Positions 19,383-30,009 of a DNA stretch of 64,000 nt are shown here, in pieces (the stretch's first letter is position 1; every line of letters starts with the position of its first letter). The stretch covers positions 1,344,001 through 1,408,000 of the forward strand of contig OY764159.1 in NCBI GenBank assembly GCA_963668175.1. The letters are read 5' to 3'. The position numbers and the translations under genes are program-made. Below the pieces are notes generated by a model. The model made no database searches and was not told the origin of the DNA. It saw only the letters and a list, made by a program, of their open reading frames with translations. Source of the stretch: Syntrophales bacterium. Lineage in GTDB: Bacteria > Desulfobacterota > Syntrophia > Syntrophales > PHBD01.

Positions 19383-22300
19383 CTATATCTTGGTCACGTT
19401 GACCATGAACGCCTTGTATTCAGGGCAGAAGGTGTTCGCGTCGCCGACGGTCGGCGTCAGGAAGTTTGTGCTGTCGCCGCCGTCCTTCGGGAAGAGCCAG
19501 CCGTAGTTGAAGGGCAGGCCGACCTGGTGAACGGTTTTGCCTTCTACGGTGAAAGGCTTGAAGCGTTTGGTCACCATGGCCACGCACTGCACTTCGCCCC
19601 GGGCTGAGGATACCTTAACGCGCTGGCCGTTGGCGATGCCTTTCTCCTGGGCCAGCTTGTCGCCGATTTCGACATACAGCTCCGGCTGCATTTCCAGGAG
19701 CCACATCTGCCACCGGGTCAGTGCCCCGGAGCACCAGTGCTCCGTGCAGGAATAGGTCGTGCAGACATAGGGGAATTTCTCGTTGGCATTGGCTACCTTG
19801 TCCAGATCGCTCTTGAAGATCTTGATGGCCGGATTGATGAGCTGTCCGGACAACGGATTCTTGGCGAGCGGTCCTTCCAGGGGTTCGTAATGTTCCGGGA
19901 ACGGTCCCTCGACCATGCCGGGTCCGAACAAGGCGCCGAGGCCGTCCTGTTTCATGATGAAAGGGTACTTGCCTTTCTCTTTGTTCGCCATGGGCGGCCA
20001 GGGGCCGTCAGGGACGTCCCCGACCCATTTGTCTCCCGTCCATTCCAGGAGCTTGCGCTTGGGGTTGTATGGTTTGCCGTTGACGTCGCACGAGGCGCGG
20101 TTGTAAATGATCCTCCGGTTGACGGGCCAGGCGTAGGACCAGTTGGGATAGAGGCCGAGCCCGGTCGGGTCTTCCTTGCCGCGCTTCATCATCTTGTTGT
20201 CGCCGTCGGCCGTGAAGCTTCCCGCCATGACCCAGTTGCCGCTTGACGTCGCTCCGTCGTCCTGGAGATTGCCGAAGGTCGGGACGAGCTGCCCCTTCTT
20301 GAACTCCGTCTTCGTCTTCTTCTCTTTATCCTCGATGACCGTGTCTTTGATGAAGTAGCCGTTAATCTGCTTGGAGACCTTCAGTGCGTCGAACCGGCCT
20401 TTGGCATCCGTATAGTCCCATTTGAGGTTGAGGATGGGTTCGGGGTGGACGCCGCCCTCCTTGGCGTAGAGGGCCTTGACGGCCGCCATGATCTTGATCG
20501 TGATCTCGCCGACGGGGATACCGTCGCCCGGGGCTTCCGCTGCCTTGTATTTCCACTGCACCCAGCGTCCGCTGTTGCTCTGGCTCCCTTCCTTCTCCAT
20601 GGAGGCGGAGGCGGGCAGGAGGAAGACCTCCGTTTGTATCTTCTTGGGGTCGACGCCGGGACCTCTCCAGAATTGGTAGGTTTCGTTGTCAAAGATGTTT
20701 TCTCCGACGAGCCATTCCAGCTTTTCCAGGGCCTTGCGGACCTTCGTCGTGTTCGGTGAGCTGACGGCCGGGTCCGTGCCGACGGCGACGAGCCCCTTAA
20801 TCTTGCCCTCATACATCTTGTCGAAGAGGTGCATGAGGGAATAGTGGGCGCCTTCGTCGAGCTTCGGCAGCCAGGAATAACCGAAATCGTTTTCCTTTGT
20901 CACCCTGTCGTGGAACATGGCTGTGAGGAAACTGACGAAGAACTTCGGGTAGTTCTGATAGTAGTTCGCCGACTGGGGGTCCTTCGATTCCGGCGTGCAT
21001 TTGTGGAGATATTTCTCAAGCGTATCCAGAGAGCCCGAGGGCATCTTCAGGTATCCGGGCAGAATGTTGTATAGAATGGCATGGTCGGTCGAGCCCTGGA
21101 CGTTGGGTTCGCCGCGCAGCGCGTTGACGCCGCCGCCGCATATTCCCATGTTGCCCAGCAGGAGCTGGATGATGGACATGGTCCGGATAATCTGGCTTCC
21201 CGTCGTGTGGTGCGTCCATCCCAGGGCGTAGCATTCCGTTCCCGACTTGTCGGGAACGCCGGTGGCGCTGTAAGCCTTGTAGACTTTGAGCAGGTTCTCC
21301 TTGCTGACGCCCGTGATGCTGGATACCTTGTCCAGCGTGTAGCGGGAATAATGCTTCTTCATCATCTGGAAGACGCAGCGGGAGTCCTTCAGGGACATGT
21401 CGCGTTTGGGTATGCCCTTGCCGTCTTTCTCGATAACCCAGGTGTCCTTGTTGTACTTCCGGGTTTTTTCGTCGTAGCCCGAAAAGAGACCGTCTTTGAA
21501 ATGGAAGTCCGCGCCGACGATGAATGAAGCGTTGGTGTAGTTGAGGACGTAGTCTTTGAAATACTTGTCGTTCTCAAGAATGTAATTGATCATTCGCCCA
21601 GGAAGGCGATGTCCGTGCCGGAACGTAGGGGGACATGGAAGTCGCACCGTGCGGATGTCCTGGTATAGCGGGGATCGACGTGAATCAGAGTCGCCCCGTT
21701 CTGTTCCTTGGCCCGCAGAATCCACTTGAAGGCGATGGGATGGTGCTCTGCGGCATTGCTGCCCATAATAAGAATGCAATCGCTGTTCTTTAAATCGATA
21801 TAGTGGTTCGTCATCGAACCGCGTCCGAACGACTCTCCCAGAGCCGCTACAGAGGGACTGTGTCAGACCCTGGCCTGGTGGTCGATGTAGACCATGCCCA
21901 GGGCCCTGCACTTGACGCTCATGAGCCAGCATTCTTCATTGTCGACATTGGAACTGCCCAGATGGGCGATGGTTTCCAGGCGGTTGACCACCTCTCCCTT
22001 GTCGTTCTTCTTGACAAAACTCTTGTCCCGCTCGGTTTTTATGAGGCGGGCGATGCGGTCGATGGCCCAGTTCCAGTCCTTTTCCTCCCAGTCGGTGCCT
22101 CCCGGGGCCCGGTAGAGGACCTTTTTCAGGCGGTACTTGTTGGCCTCCGTCAGATCGAAGAACCCGGCGCCCTTGGCGCACAGCGAGCCTTCGTTGATCG
22201 GATGGTCGGCATCGCCCTCGATGTTGAAAATCTTGCCTGTGGTCTTGTCCACGCTGCAGATGAGGCCGCAGCCAACGGAGCAGTAGCAGCAGGTGGTGAT

Positions 22301-22450
22301 GACCTGCTTGGCGAGCTTAATGCGGTGCATCTTGTTGAGCTCATCCGCGTAAGCCCTCATGGGTCTCAGGTCAATGCCCAGGGTCGACAACGCAATTCCC
22401 GAGCCGACAGCCCCGGACAGGCCCAAGAAACCTCTCCTGGTAATTTCCAT
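19383..22450 (-). CDS. fdnG: Formate dehydrogenase-N alpha subunit, Sec-containing, interrupted by a 1-nt frameshift (pseudogene or sequence error)
   Basis: Tat signal TRRGFL, CCYCSVGC; in-frame TGA 21865-21863 in DHQARV-U-HSPSVAALGESFGRGSMTNH; frame breaks near 21594 (DIAFLG|MINYI); rest of the MGD domain is intact to 19383. Confidence 0.88.
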
Positions 22451-22466
22451 AGATGCCTCCTTGCCT

Positions 22467-22582
22467 TATGTCATAAATGATATGAATCGGATGTGGCATG
22501 CATATGCATTTTTTCGGCGGGCGTCAAGAGAAAAAAGGATAATTTGCAATAAATTCCAATATGTTATGGTAAATTTAACATA
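22467..22582 (-). promoter_or_regulatory. fdnG1 promoter flanked by two ModE-type boxes
   Basis: Minus strand TTGACG (22527-22522)-N17-TATGCA; boxes TATGTCATAAATGATATG (22467-22484) and TATGGTAAATTTAACATA (22565-22582). Confidence 0.55.
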
Positions 22583-22784
22583 GGTTATATTAAACATCAC
22601 GGAACGCCGGAAATAACGGGGATTTCAGTTCGGGCAGGTTGTCTTATTGGGCAAGAGATGGTCGCCGGCAGCTTGCAGAGGGAAGGCGGATTCCCTCATG
22701 CCGGAAAGGATGGCGGAGCGGCGTCTCTATCCGGGGCTTCTCCTCTGCCGGCGAGACGCCGTCCTGTTTCCGAAATCACACGAA

Positions 22785-23798
22785 TCAGCAGATGCGCGGC
22801 ACCAGTTCGCCCGTGGGGAGGTCGACGATCCTTGTGCCGCCGATAAGGGTCTTCATCACGAGACGTCCTGCGCCCTTCTCCTTCACGGTACCGATGACGG
22901 CCGCCTGCCTGCCGTAGGGGTGGCGGGACATGACATCGAGGACCGCCCTCACCTCGCTTTGCGGGCAGAAGAGGGCAAACTTCCCCTCGTTGGCGAGAAA
23001 GAGGGGATCGAGGCCAAGAATCTCGCAGATGCCTTTGACCGCTTCGTTGACCGGGATAGCCGCCTCGTCGACGGCGATGTCCAGTTGCGACTGGGCGCTG
23101 ATCTCGGCCAGGATGGCCCCGAGTCCGCCACGCGTGGCATCCCGCAGGCAGTGAATCTCCGGGGATACCTGGAGAATCTCCCGGACGATGCCGTTCAGCG
23201 GCTGCGAATCGGACAGGATTCCCGAATCGAAGCCCAGGTTCTCCCGCGCGCAGAGGACCGCCGCGCCGTGGTCGCCGATGGGGCCGTTCAGGATGACTGC
23301 ATCCCCCGGCCGGATGCTCTGGACCGATATTTCCCGGCCGTAGCGGACGACCCCGAGGCCCGACGTATTAATGAAGACGCCGTCGGCAGCGCCGCGGGCG
23401 ACGACTTTCGTATCGCCGGTGACGATCTGGACGCCTGCTTTCACGGCGGCGTCCGCCATGGAACGTGTGATCTCCCGGAGGGTTTCGAGGGAAAACCCTT
23501 CCTCCAGGATGAATCCGGCCGTGAGATAAAGGGGCGTCGCCCCGCACATGGCGAGATCGTTGACCGTGCCGTGGACGGCAAGCGATCCGATATCGCCCCC
23601 GGGGAAGAACAGGGGGTGGACCACGAAGGAGTCGGTCGTCAGACAGAGGCGCAGCCCTTCAACCGTGAAGACGGCCCCATCCTCCAGGCGTTCGAGGGTC
23701 GCGTTTTTGAAGGCGGGCACGAAGACCGATTCCACCAGTTCGTGGGAGAGGCGGCCCCCGCCGCCGTGTTCCAGGACAATCTGTTTCTGTTCCATCAT
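22785..23798 (-). CDS. hypE: Hydrogenase maturation protein HypE
   Basis: HGGGG, TTDSFVVHPLFFPGGDIG, RDATRGG, C-terminal PRIC. Confidence 0.96.
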   Translation of the reverse strand: MMEQKQIVLEHGGGGRLSHELVESVFVPAFKNATLERLEDGAVFTVEGLRLCLTTDSFVVHPLFFPGGDIGSLAVHGTVNDLAMCGATPLYLTAGFILEEGFSLETLREITRSMADAAVKAGVQIVTGDTKVVARGAADGVFINTSGLGVVRYGREISVQSIRPGDAVILNGPIGDHGAAVLCARENLGFDSGILSDSQPLNGIVREILQVSPEIHCLRDATRGGLGAILAEISAQSQLDIAVDEAAIPVNEAVKGICEILGLDPLFLANEGKFALFCPQSEVRAVLDVMSRHPYGRQAAVIGTVKEKGAGRLVMKTLIGGTRIVDLPTGELVPRIC

Positions 23799-23801
23799 CG
23801 T

Positions 23802-26117
23802 TCAACCCTTTCCTTTTCTGGCAATATTTGCGGCGCAGACGGCCTGCCCCAGTGCGATGCCGCCGTCGTTGGTCGGTATCCGGCTGTGGGAAAAGACCTC
23901 GAAGCCCTGCCGGGAAAGCTCCCGGTGGCACGCCGTGAGGAGCATTCTGTTCTGGAAGCAGCCGCCGCCTAGGACGACGCGGTGGAGCCCCGACTTTTCT
24001 CTGATCCGCACGGCCATGGCCGCAAAGGCCACGGGCAGTGTCGCCTGGAAGGCCGCGGCCATGTCAATCACCGTAACGCCCTGACGCCGCATATCCACGA
24101 CGGCCTTCACAGCGCCGGTAAAATCAAGGATCAGTTTCTCTTCCTCTTCGGCAAGGGCGAAGGGAAGGAGGCCGGCAGAGCCTTTCTCTGCGCAGGCTTC
24201 CAGTTCCATCGCCGCCTGGCCCTCGTAACTGACACGTGTTCGCAGGCCGATCAGGGCGGCAAACCCGTCATACAACCTTCCCAGGCTCGATGTCCAGGGG
24301 CTGTTGAGACCCGTCTCCACCATCCTCTTTAAAATCGCCCCGGTCCCAGCGCCCAAGCCCATGTCCATTTCCTGTGGCAGGAGACCGAGTTCCGCGGCGG
24401 TATCCGGCCATGAATCTCCGCAGGCCGTGAAAAGGAGGCTGACGGCAATCCGCCAGGGCTCCCGGATGGCCGCCTCGCCGCCGGGGAGGCGGTAGTAGCG
24501 CAGATGGCCGGCCCGGGTGAAGGACATCTCGTCCGCCGTCAGGAATTCCCCTCCCCAGACCTGCCCGTCGGTCCCGTAGCCCGTCCCGTCCATGGCCAGG
24601 CCGATGACCTGCCCCGAGAGGCCATGCTCGGCCATACAGCCGACAATGTGGGCGTGGTGGTGCTGGACCGGAATGATGCGCACTCCCTCCATTCCTCCGG
24701 CGTACCGGGTGGTGTAATAACCCGGGTGAAGGTCGCAGGCGACAATCGAAGGCCTTCGCTCCGTGAGCTTGTACATGAGCCGGACGGATTCGTCGAAGAA
24801 ACGGCGCGCCTCCGGCGTGTCGAGGTCGCCGATATGGGGGCTCAGGAAGGCCTCGCTGCCGCGGATGATGCAGGCCGTCGCCTTCATCTGGCCCCCCAGG
24901 GCCAGGGTGTCCGGCAGGGGTGCGGCCAGCTGAAACGGCCGGGGAACGAAGCCGCGGGATCGCCTGAGCAGCCTGATCTGTTGGTCCGCAACCATGGCGA
25001 TGGAGTCGTCGCAACGGACGAGGATATCGCGGTTGTGTGTCAGGAAGACGTCGGCGATGCCCGCCAGGCGCGTTACGGCCTCGCGGTTGCCGATGCAGAT
25101 GGGTTCGTCCGTCTGGTTGGCGCTGGTCATGACCAGCGCCTGGAGAAAGCCGCCGTCGGCCGCCGGTGTGCTGAAGAGAAGATGATGCAGGGGGGCGTAA
25201 GGCAGCATGATGCCCATATTGGGAACGCCCGGGGCCACGGCGGGAGCGATGGACGACGCCTTTTTCGTCAGAAGGACAATGGGCGCCTCTGCAGCCAGGA
25301 GCAGGGCCTCTTCACGCTCGTCGATCTCGGCGATGTCCTTCGCAATCGCAAGGCTGCGCGCCATGATGGCGAGGGGTTTTTCCTCCCTGAATTTTCGGGT
25401 TTTCAGCCGTTCGACGGCCGGTCCGTTCATGGCGTCGACAGCCAGATGGAAGCCCCCGATGCCTTTGATCGCCACGATGTCGCCCGACGCCAGCAATTCG
25501 ACGGCCTGCCGGACGGGATCGCTGCCGGAAACCGGGTTCCCCTCCGCGTCCAAAAGCGTCAGGGCCGGACCGCATACGGGACAGGCGTTGGGCTCGGCAT
25601 GGAATCTCCGGTCGAGGGGGTTTTCGTATTCGGCGGCGCAATCGGGGCATAAGGGGAAGCAGGCCATGGACGTGTTGGCGCGGTCGTAGGGAACGTCCCG
25701 GACGATGGTGAGCCTGGGGCCGCAGTTGGTACAGTTGGTGAACGGATAGCGATGGCGCCGGTCGTCGGGATCGGTCAGTTCCGCCAGGCAATCGCGGCAG
25801 GCGGCGGCGTCGGGGGAGGTTAGCACCTCCTTCTTTCCCTGCAGGGAACTGCCGGCAATCGTGAAAGTGCTTTCTCCGGCCGGGGCGATTTCTTCTTCCT
25901 TAACACCCGTCAGATCGGCGAGGGGGGGCAGACTGTTCCTGACGCCGTCGATGAAGTGGTTTATGGATTCTTTCGGACCCTCCACTTCAACGATAACGCC
26001 GTCAGGGCTGTTGCGGACGAAGCCGGCAAGGCCATGCTGTGTCGCCAGGCGGTAGACGAACGGCCTGAATCCTACACCCTGCACCGTTCCCGTCAGGAGA
26101 TATCGCATGCGCTTCAT
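23802..26117 (-). CDS. hypF: Carbamoyltransferase HypF
   Basis: GTVQGVGFRP acylphosphatase domain, zinc fingers, KGIGGFHL, QHHHAH, NDGGIALGQ. Confidence 0.95.
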   Translation of the reverse strand: MKRMRYLLTGTVQGVGFRPFVYRLATQHGLAGFVRNSPDGVIVEVEGPKESINHFIDGVRNSLPPLADLTGVKEEEIAPAGESTFTIAGSSLQGKKEVLTSPDAAACRDCLAELTDPDDRRHRYPFTNCTNCGPRLTIVRDVPYDRANTSMACFPLCPDCAAEYENPLDRRFHAEPNACPVCGPALTLLDAEGNPVSGSDPVRQAVELLASGDIVAIKGIGGFHLAVDAMNGPAVERLKTRKFREEKPLAIMARSLAIAKDIAEIDEREEALLLAAEAPIVLLTKKASSIAPAVAPGVPNMGIMLPYAPLHHLLFSTPAADGGFLQALVMTSANQTDEPICIGNREAVTRLAGIADVFLTHNRDILVRCDDSIAMVADQQIRLLRRSRGFVPRPFQLAAPLPDTLALGGQMKATACIIRGSEAFLSPHIGDLDTPEARRFFDESVRLMYKLTERRPSIVACDLHPGYYTTRYAGGMEGVRIIPVQHHHAHIVGCMAEHGLSGQVIGLAMDGTGYGTDGQVWGGEFLTADEMSFTRAGHLRYYRLPGGEAAIREPWRIAVSLLFTACGDSWPDTAAELGLLPQEMDMGLGAGTGAILKRMVETGLNSPWTSSLGRLYDGFAALIGLRTRVSYEGQAAMELEACAEKGSAGLLPFALAEEEEKLILDFTGAVKAVVDMRRQGVTVIDMAAAFQATLPVAFAAMAVRIREKSGLHRVVLGGGCFQNRMLLTACHRELSRQGFEVFSHSRIPTNDGGIALGQAVCAANIARKGKG

Positions 26118-26233
26118 GACGAAAGGACTCCCGACGAATTGTGACGGAAGGACCGGCCGCGATATGCCTTCCAGGCGGCGCCCGTGATCATCATGCCGCT
26201 TCACCTGCCTTACCTTGTTTGCTCCGAGGAGGG

Positions 26234-26896
26234 CTATCGTCCCTTCTTGAAAGCCTCGATTCTATCCGTGAGCCACTCGTACCAGGCGTCAAGGCCCTCG
26301 CCGGTCTTGCAGGACACTTCGATGATCCTGAGCTTGTTGTTCAGGGCCAGGGCGTCGCGCCGGGCCTTGGGCAGATCGAAATCGACGTACGGAATGAGGT
26401 CTGTCTTGTTGATGATGAGGACGGACGATTCCTGGAACATGAGCGGGTACTTCGACGGCTTGTCGGCCCCTTCCGGCGTACTCAGGATCATGGCTTTGAC
26501 GTTCTCCCCGATCTTGAATTCGGCGGGGCAGACCAGGTTGCCGACGTTCTCGGTGATGAGGAGATCGAGTTTGTCCAGGTCGAAGGCCGGCAGCGTCTCG
26601 CGGATCATGTTGCCGTCGATGTGGCAGGCGCCGCCGGTGTTGATCTGGACGACCGGGATGCCCAGTTTGGCGATCCGGTCGGCGTCGTACGTGTCCTGGA
26701 TGTCGCCTTCGATCACGCCGATATTGTATTTGCTTTTCAATGCGGCGATCGTCTTTTCCAGGAGCGTCGTCTTGCCGGCGCCCGGCGAGCTCATGAGATT
26801 GATGGCGTATACCCCTTTTTCGTCGAAAAGGGCCCTGTTCTCTACGGCAATCCTGTCGTTGGCGTCCAGGATGTTCTTGACCACTTGAATCTTCAT
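26234..26896 (-). CDS. hypB: Hydrogenase nickel incorporation GTPase HypB
   Basis: SSPGAGKT, GGACH, ENVGNLVCP, NKTD. Confidence 0.96.
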   Translation of the reverse strand: MKIQVVKNILDANDRIAVENRALFDEKGVYAINLMSSPGAGKTTLLEKTIAALKSKYNIGVIEGDIQDTYDADRIAKLGIPVVQINTGGACHIDGNMIRETLPAFDLDKLDLLITENVGNLVCPAEFKIGENVKAMILSTPEGADKPSKYPLMFQESSVLIINKTDLIPYVDFDLPKARRDALALNNKLRIIEVSCKTGEGLDAWYEWLTDRIEAFKKGR

Positions 26897-26912
26897 AATA
26901 TCGCTTCCTCCA

Positions 26913-28001
26913 TCATGAATATTTGTAGTAGGCGGCACATGTCCCTTCCGAGGAAACCATGCAGGGGCCTATGGGGTTCTGCGGCTGGCAAATGACCTTG
27001 TACAGGGGGCAGTCGCCCGGGGCGGCGATGCCCCGCAGGATGTCCCCGCACCGGCATTTACTCACATCGCTCGACTGCATCTCCGGGATGTCGAAACGGC
27101 GGAGGGCATTCAGATCGTCGAATTCTTCTTTCAGAACGAGACCGCTGTCCGGAATGGCGCCAAGTCCCCGCCATTCGGAGGAGACGGCGTCGAATACCTC
27201 CCCCAGGAGCGCTTTGGCCCGCTCGTTGCCCTGTGGACGGACCGCCCGGGTGTACTGGGTCTCTACGCGGGGGGCGTTCTCCCGGACCTGCCGGACGACC
27301 ATCAGAATGCCCTCCAGGATGTCGACGGGTTCGAAGCCGGTCACGACGGCCGCCCGTCCCGCGCGGGCGAGAAAGACATAGGCGTCGGCGCCGATGACGA
27401 TGCTGACGTGTCCCGGGCAGAGAAAACCGTCGACGTTCAGCTCGGGATCGTCGATGAGGACCTTCATGGCCGGGGGTATCGTCTTGTGCGAAGAGATGAC
27501 GGAGAGGTTGCCGATCCCCTTTTTGCGGCAGGTGCGGATCAAAGAAGCGGTGATCGGCGAGGTCGTCTCGAATCCGATACCCATGAAGACGACCTGTTTG
27601 TCCGCGTTGGCTTCGGCAATCTCGATGACGTCCATCCCGGAGGCGATGACCCGCACATCCGCCCCCGCCGCCCTGGCCTTCTGCAGGGTGGCCCCCTTGG
27701 TGCCGGGGACGCGGATCATGTCGCCGAAGGTCGTGAAAATGACGTCCTTGAGGCCCGCGAGATAGAGGGCACGGTCGATATCGCCGATGGCCGTTACGCA
27801 GACGGGACAGCCCGGTCCGGAGATGAGCCTGATGTTGTCGGGCAGAAGGCCCCTGATCCCGTAACGCCCGATGGCCATGGTATGGCTTCCGCACACCTCC
27901 ATGATCGTCATGGGTCTGTCAAGGCCGGCCGCCTCCGCCTTGATCCGGGCAAGCAGGGCGGTCGCCAGCTTGGGATCGCGGTATTCGTCAATATATTTCA
28001 T
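26913..28001 (-). CDS. hypD: Hydrogenase maturation protein HypD
   Basis: MEVCGSHT, GPGCPVC, GFETT, PGHVS, CMVSSEGTC. Confidence 0.96.
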   Translation of the reverse strand: MKYIDEYRDPKLATALLARIKAEAAGLDRPMTIMEVCGSHTMAIGRYGIRGLLPDNIRLISGPGCPVCVTAIGDIDRALYLAGLKDVIFTTFGDMIRVPGTKGATLQKARAAGADVRVIASGMDVIEIAEANADKQVVFMGIGFETTSPITASLIRTCRKKGIGNLSVISSHKTIPPAMKVLIDDPELNVDGFLCPGHVSIVIGADAYVFLARAGRAAVVTGFEPVDILEGILMVVRQVRENAPRVETQYTRAVRPQGNERAKALLGEVFDAVSSEWRGLGAIPDSGLVLKEEFDDLNALRRFDIPEMQSSDVSKCRCGDILRGIAAPGDCPLYKVICQPQNPIGPCMVSSEGTCAAYYKYS

Positions 28002-28218
28002 TTTCAATCAATTCTTTAAGGAGGTCGAGCTTCTCCTTTGCCGATTCCTCGTCCACCTTCTGCATGGCATAGCCCGCGTGGGATATGACATAGTCGCCGA
28101 TGACGACCGCCTCGTCGACGAGGTCCAGACAGACTTCCCGGCGGGTGCCGCCGATGTCGACGATGGCGAAATTGTCCTGGTCGATGGAAAGGATCTTTCC
28201 CGGAAAGGCAATGCACAT
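27988..28218 (-). CDS. hypC: Hydrogenase chaperone HypC
   Basis: MCIAFPGK N-terminus, GDYVISHAGYA. Confidence 0.95.
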   Translation of the reverse strand: MCIAFPGKILSIDQDNFAIVDIGGTRREVCLDLVDEAVVIGDYVISHAGYAMQKVDEESAKEKLDLLKELIENEIY

Positions 28219-28233
28219 GATACACCTCTTCCT

Positions 28234-28578
28234 TTACTCCACGTCCATCTCCATGAGCCGGAGCTCCTCCGTGCCGCCGGTGACCATCACCTCCTCGCCC
28301 CCGCATTGGGGACAGACGGCGGAGTAGGACGTCAGTTTACTCTCTTTCTGGCATTTAAAACAATAGATCACGATGGGGTGGACGTCGAAGGCAAGCTTAG
28401 CCCCTTCGGCCCGCGTGCCCGCGGATTGGATCTCGAAGGAGAAGGTCAGCGCCTTCGGATCGATGCAGGACATGCGACCGTATGAAAGCTTCAATGAGCG
28501 CACCCGGTCGAATCCGTGCGTTTTGGCGTAGTCTTCGACGATGGCGAGGATGGACATGGTCAGGGACAGTTCATGCAT
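28234..28578 (-). CDS. hypA: Hydrogenase nickel metallochaperone HypA
   Basis: MHELS N-terminus, CFKC..CPQC. Confidence 0.95.
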   Translation of the reverse strand: MHELSLTMSILAIVEDYAKTHGFDRVRSLKLSYGRMSCIDPKALTFSFEIQSAGTRAEGAKLAFDVHPIVIYCFKCQKESKLTSYSAVCPQCGGEEVMVTGGTEELRLMEMDVE

Positions 28579-29053
28579 GGCCGGTCTTTTCCACCCGGAG
28601 GCCGTGGCGGGCAATCTCGGCGATCAGGAGTTCCGCCATCTTGGGGAAAGCGGCCGTCATGACCGGGCTCATCTCCAGGTTCATCTCGCTGTATTTTTCG
28701 GGCACGATGCAGAGGAAGACCATCGGCGGCTCTTCGCCCATCATTTCCAGCTTGCAGATGACGTCGGCGAATTTGACCTCGTGCGCCGATGTCGGCGGCG
28801 GCATATGGATCTCCATCTCCTCGCGGGTGAACCGGTAAATCGACCCGGGCCGATCGTTGAGTTTGATCACGTCGATAATGATGGCTTCCTCGCAGCCGCC
28901 GAGGATGTCCAGGAGCATGTAGCCCAAGGTGCCCCCGTCAGTCGCCGTCACGTTCTCGGGCAGACGGTACGCTTCGGAAAACCAGCGGATGAAGTGAACG
29001 CCGAACCCCTCGTCCTGAAGCAGGATATTGCCCAATCCCAGAATTTGAATCAA
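28571..29053 (-). CDS. hydD: Hydrogenase maturation protease (HyaD/HydD family)
   Basis: GLGNILLQDEGFG, DGGTLG, SAHEV. Confidence 0.9.
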   Translation of the reverse strand: MIQILGLGNILLQDEGFGVHFIRWFSEAYRLPENVTATDGGTLGYMLLDILGGCEEAIIIDVIKLNDRPGSIYRFTREEMEIHMPPPTSAHEVKFADVICKLEMMGEEPPMVFLCIVPEKYSEMNLEMSPVMTAAFPKMAELLIAEIARHGLRVEKTGHA

Positions 29054-29266
29054 TTAGACCCCGCCCGGCTGCCGCAAAGCATCCCGATCGTTCCGCAAGT
29101 ATATTCGGACCGATCCCGGCCTGCGCAACCGGTTCTCAAATGTTGTCGCGGGCGGCGGCCGCAATGTGGCCGCCGCTCAGAAAGTCTTTACCATATCGGG
29201 AACGAATTTCCCAAAACTATCATCGTCCGGTAAATCCGGACCCGGCCCGCCATGAGCCATGATGAC

Positions 29267-29295
29267 AAAAAGGGGAGATATTAACCTCCCCTTTT
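29267..29295. terminator. Intrinsic terminator after hydC
   Basis: AAAAAGGGGAG-ATATTAAC-CTCCCCTTTT. Confidence 0.75.
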
Positions 29296-29326
29296 CGCTT
29301 TATAAACTTCTACATGTGCCTGATCT

Positions 29327-29992
29327 CTATTTATGCTCTTTCCTGAACACAAGTCCCGAAATCATCGACGACACGGTACCTTCCTTGAAGATGACATCAT
29401 ACCAGAAGGCCATGTAGACATGGACGACGATGAACAGGACAAAACACCACGTCAGGATATGATGGACCAAACGCACGATGGCGAGTCCGCCCATCATGGT
29501 CTCTACAGGCTTCAGGATCTTGTAGAAAATACCCGTGAGCCCTCCGTGATAGCCCGCCGCCCCGGTCAGGATGAGGCCGGTGACGACGATGAGGAAGACC
29601 ATCGCCAGAAGGCCGCCGTAGGCCAGGGATTGCAGCGGTCCATACAGGTGCGTATGTTCCGGCGGTTCCTTGGAAATCAGCAGGTAAAACTTGATCTGCT
29701 TGATGAAGTTCTTGATGTTGGTGAAGGCGAAAAAATCCTTCCAGTCGGCGTGAAACCTCGAGAAGAACATGAGGTATACCCGCCAGATAAAGACATAAAC
29801 CAGAAACAGGCCGAAGAGGATATGCAGGAAAAGCATAACCGTCATTTCCCGGACGTCCGCTTCGTTGCTCAGGGGAATGCCTTCCGCAATATAGAAGCCC
29901 GTGGCGATCAGGACGAAGATGAGAACCGCCATGATCCAGTGGTTGTATCTGATGGCCACCGACCACTCTTTCTTGGGTGTAATCTGCTCCAT
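29327..29992 (-). CDS. hydC: [NiFe] hydrogenase b-type cytochrome subunit
   Basis: RYNHW..ATGFYI, LHILFG, YGPLQ, RLVHH..HVYM; four TM helices. Confidence 0.92.
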   Translation of the reverse strand: MEQITPKKEWSVAIRYNHWIMAVLIFVLIATGFYIAEGIPLSNEADVREMTVMLFLHILFGLFLVYVFIWRVYLMFFSRFHADWKDFFAFTNIKNFIKQIKFYLLISKEPPEHTHLYGPLQSLAYGGLLAMVFLIVVTGLILTGAAGYHGGLTGIFYKILKPVETMMGGLAIVRLVHHILTWCFVLFIVVHVYMAFWYDVIFKEGTVSSMISGLVFRKEHK

Positions 29993-30009
29993 AACTGCCT
30001 CCTTGTCGG

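Noticed and set aside
21590..21592. Second in-frame TGA in fdnG1 as another Sec codon
   Set aside because: Reading through it gives non-FDH sequence; homology with fdnG2 continues in a different frame, so it results from a 1-nt deletion.
21594..21932. N-terminus of ORF-track entry 19383-21932 (MLAHERQ...)
   Set aside because: Wrong-frame sequence upstream of the frameshift; the true FdnG1 N-terminus starts at 22450.
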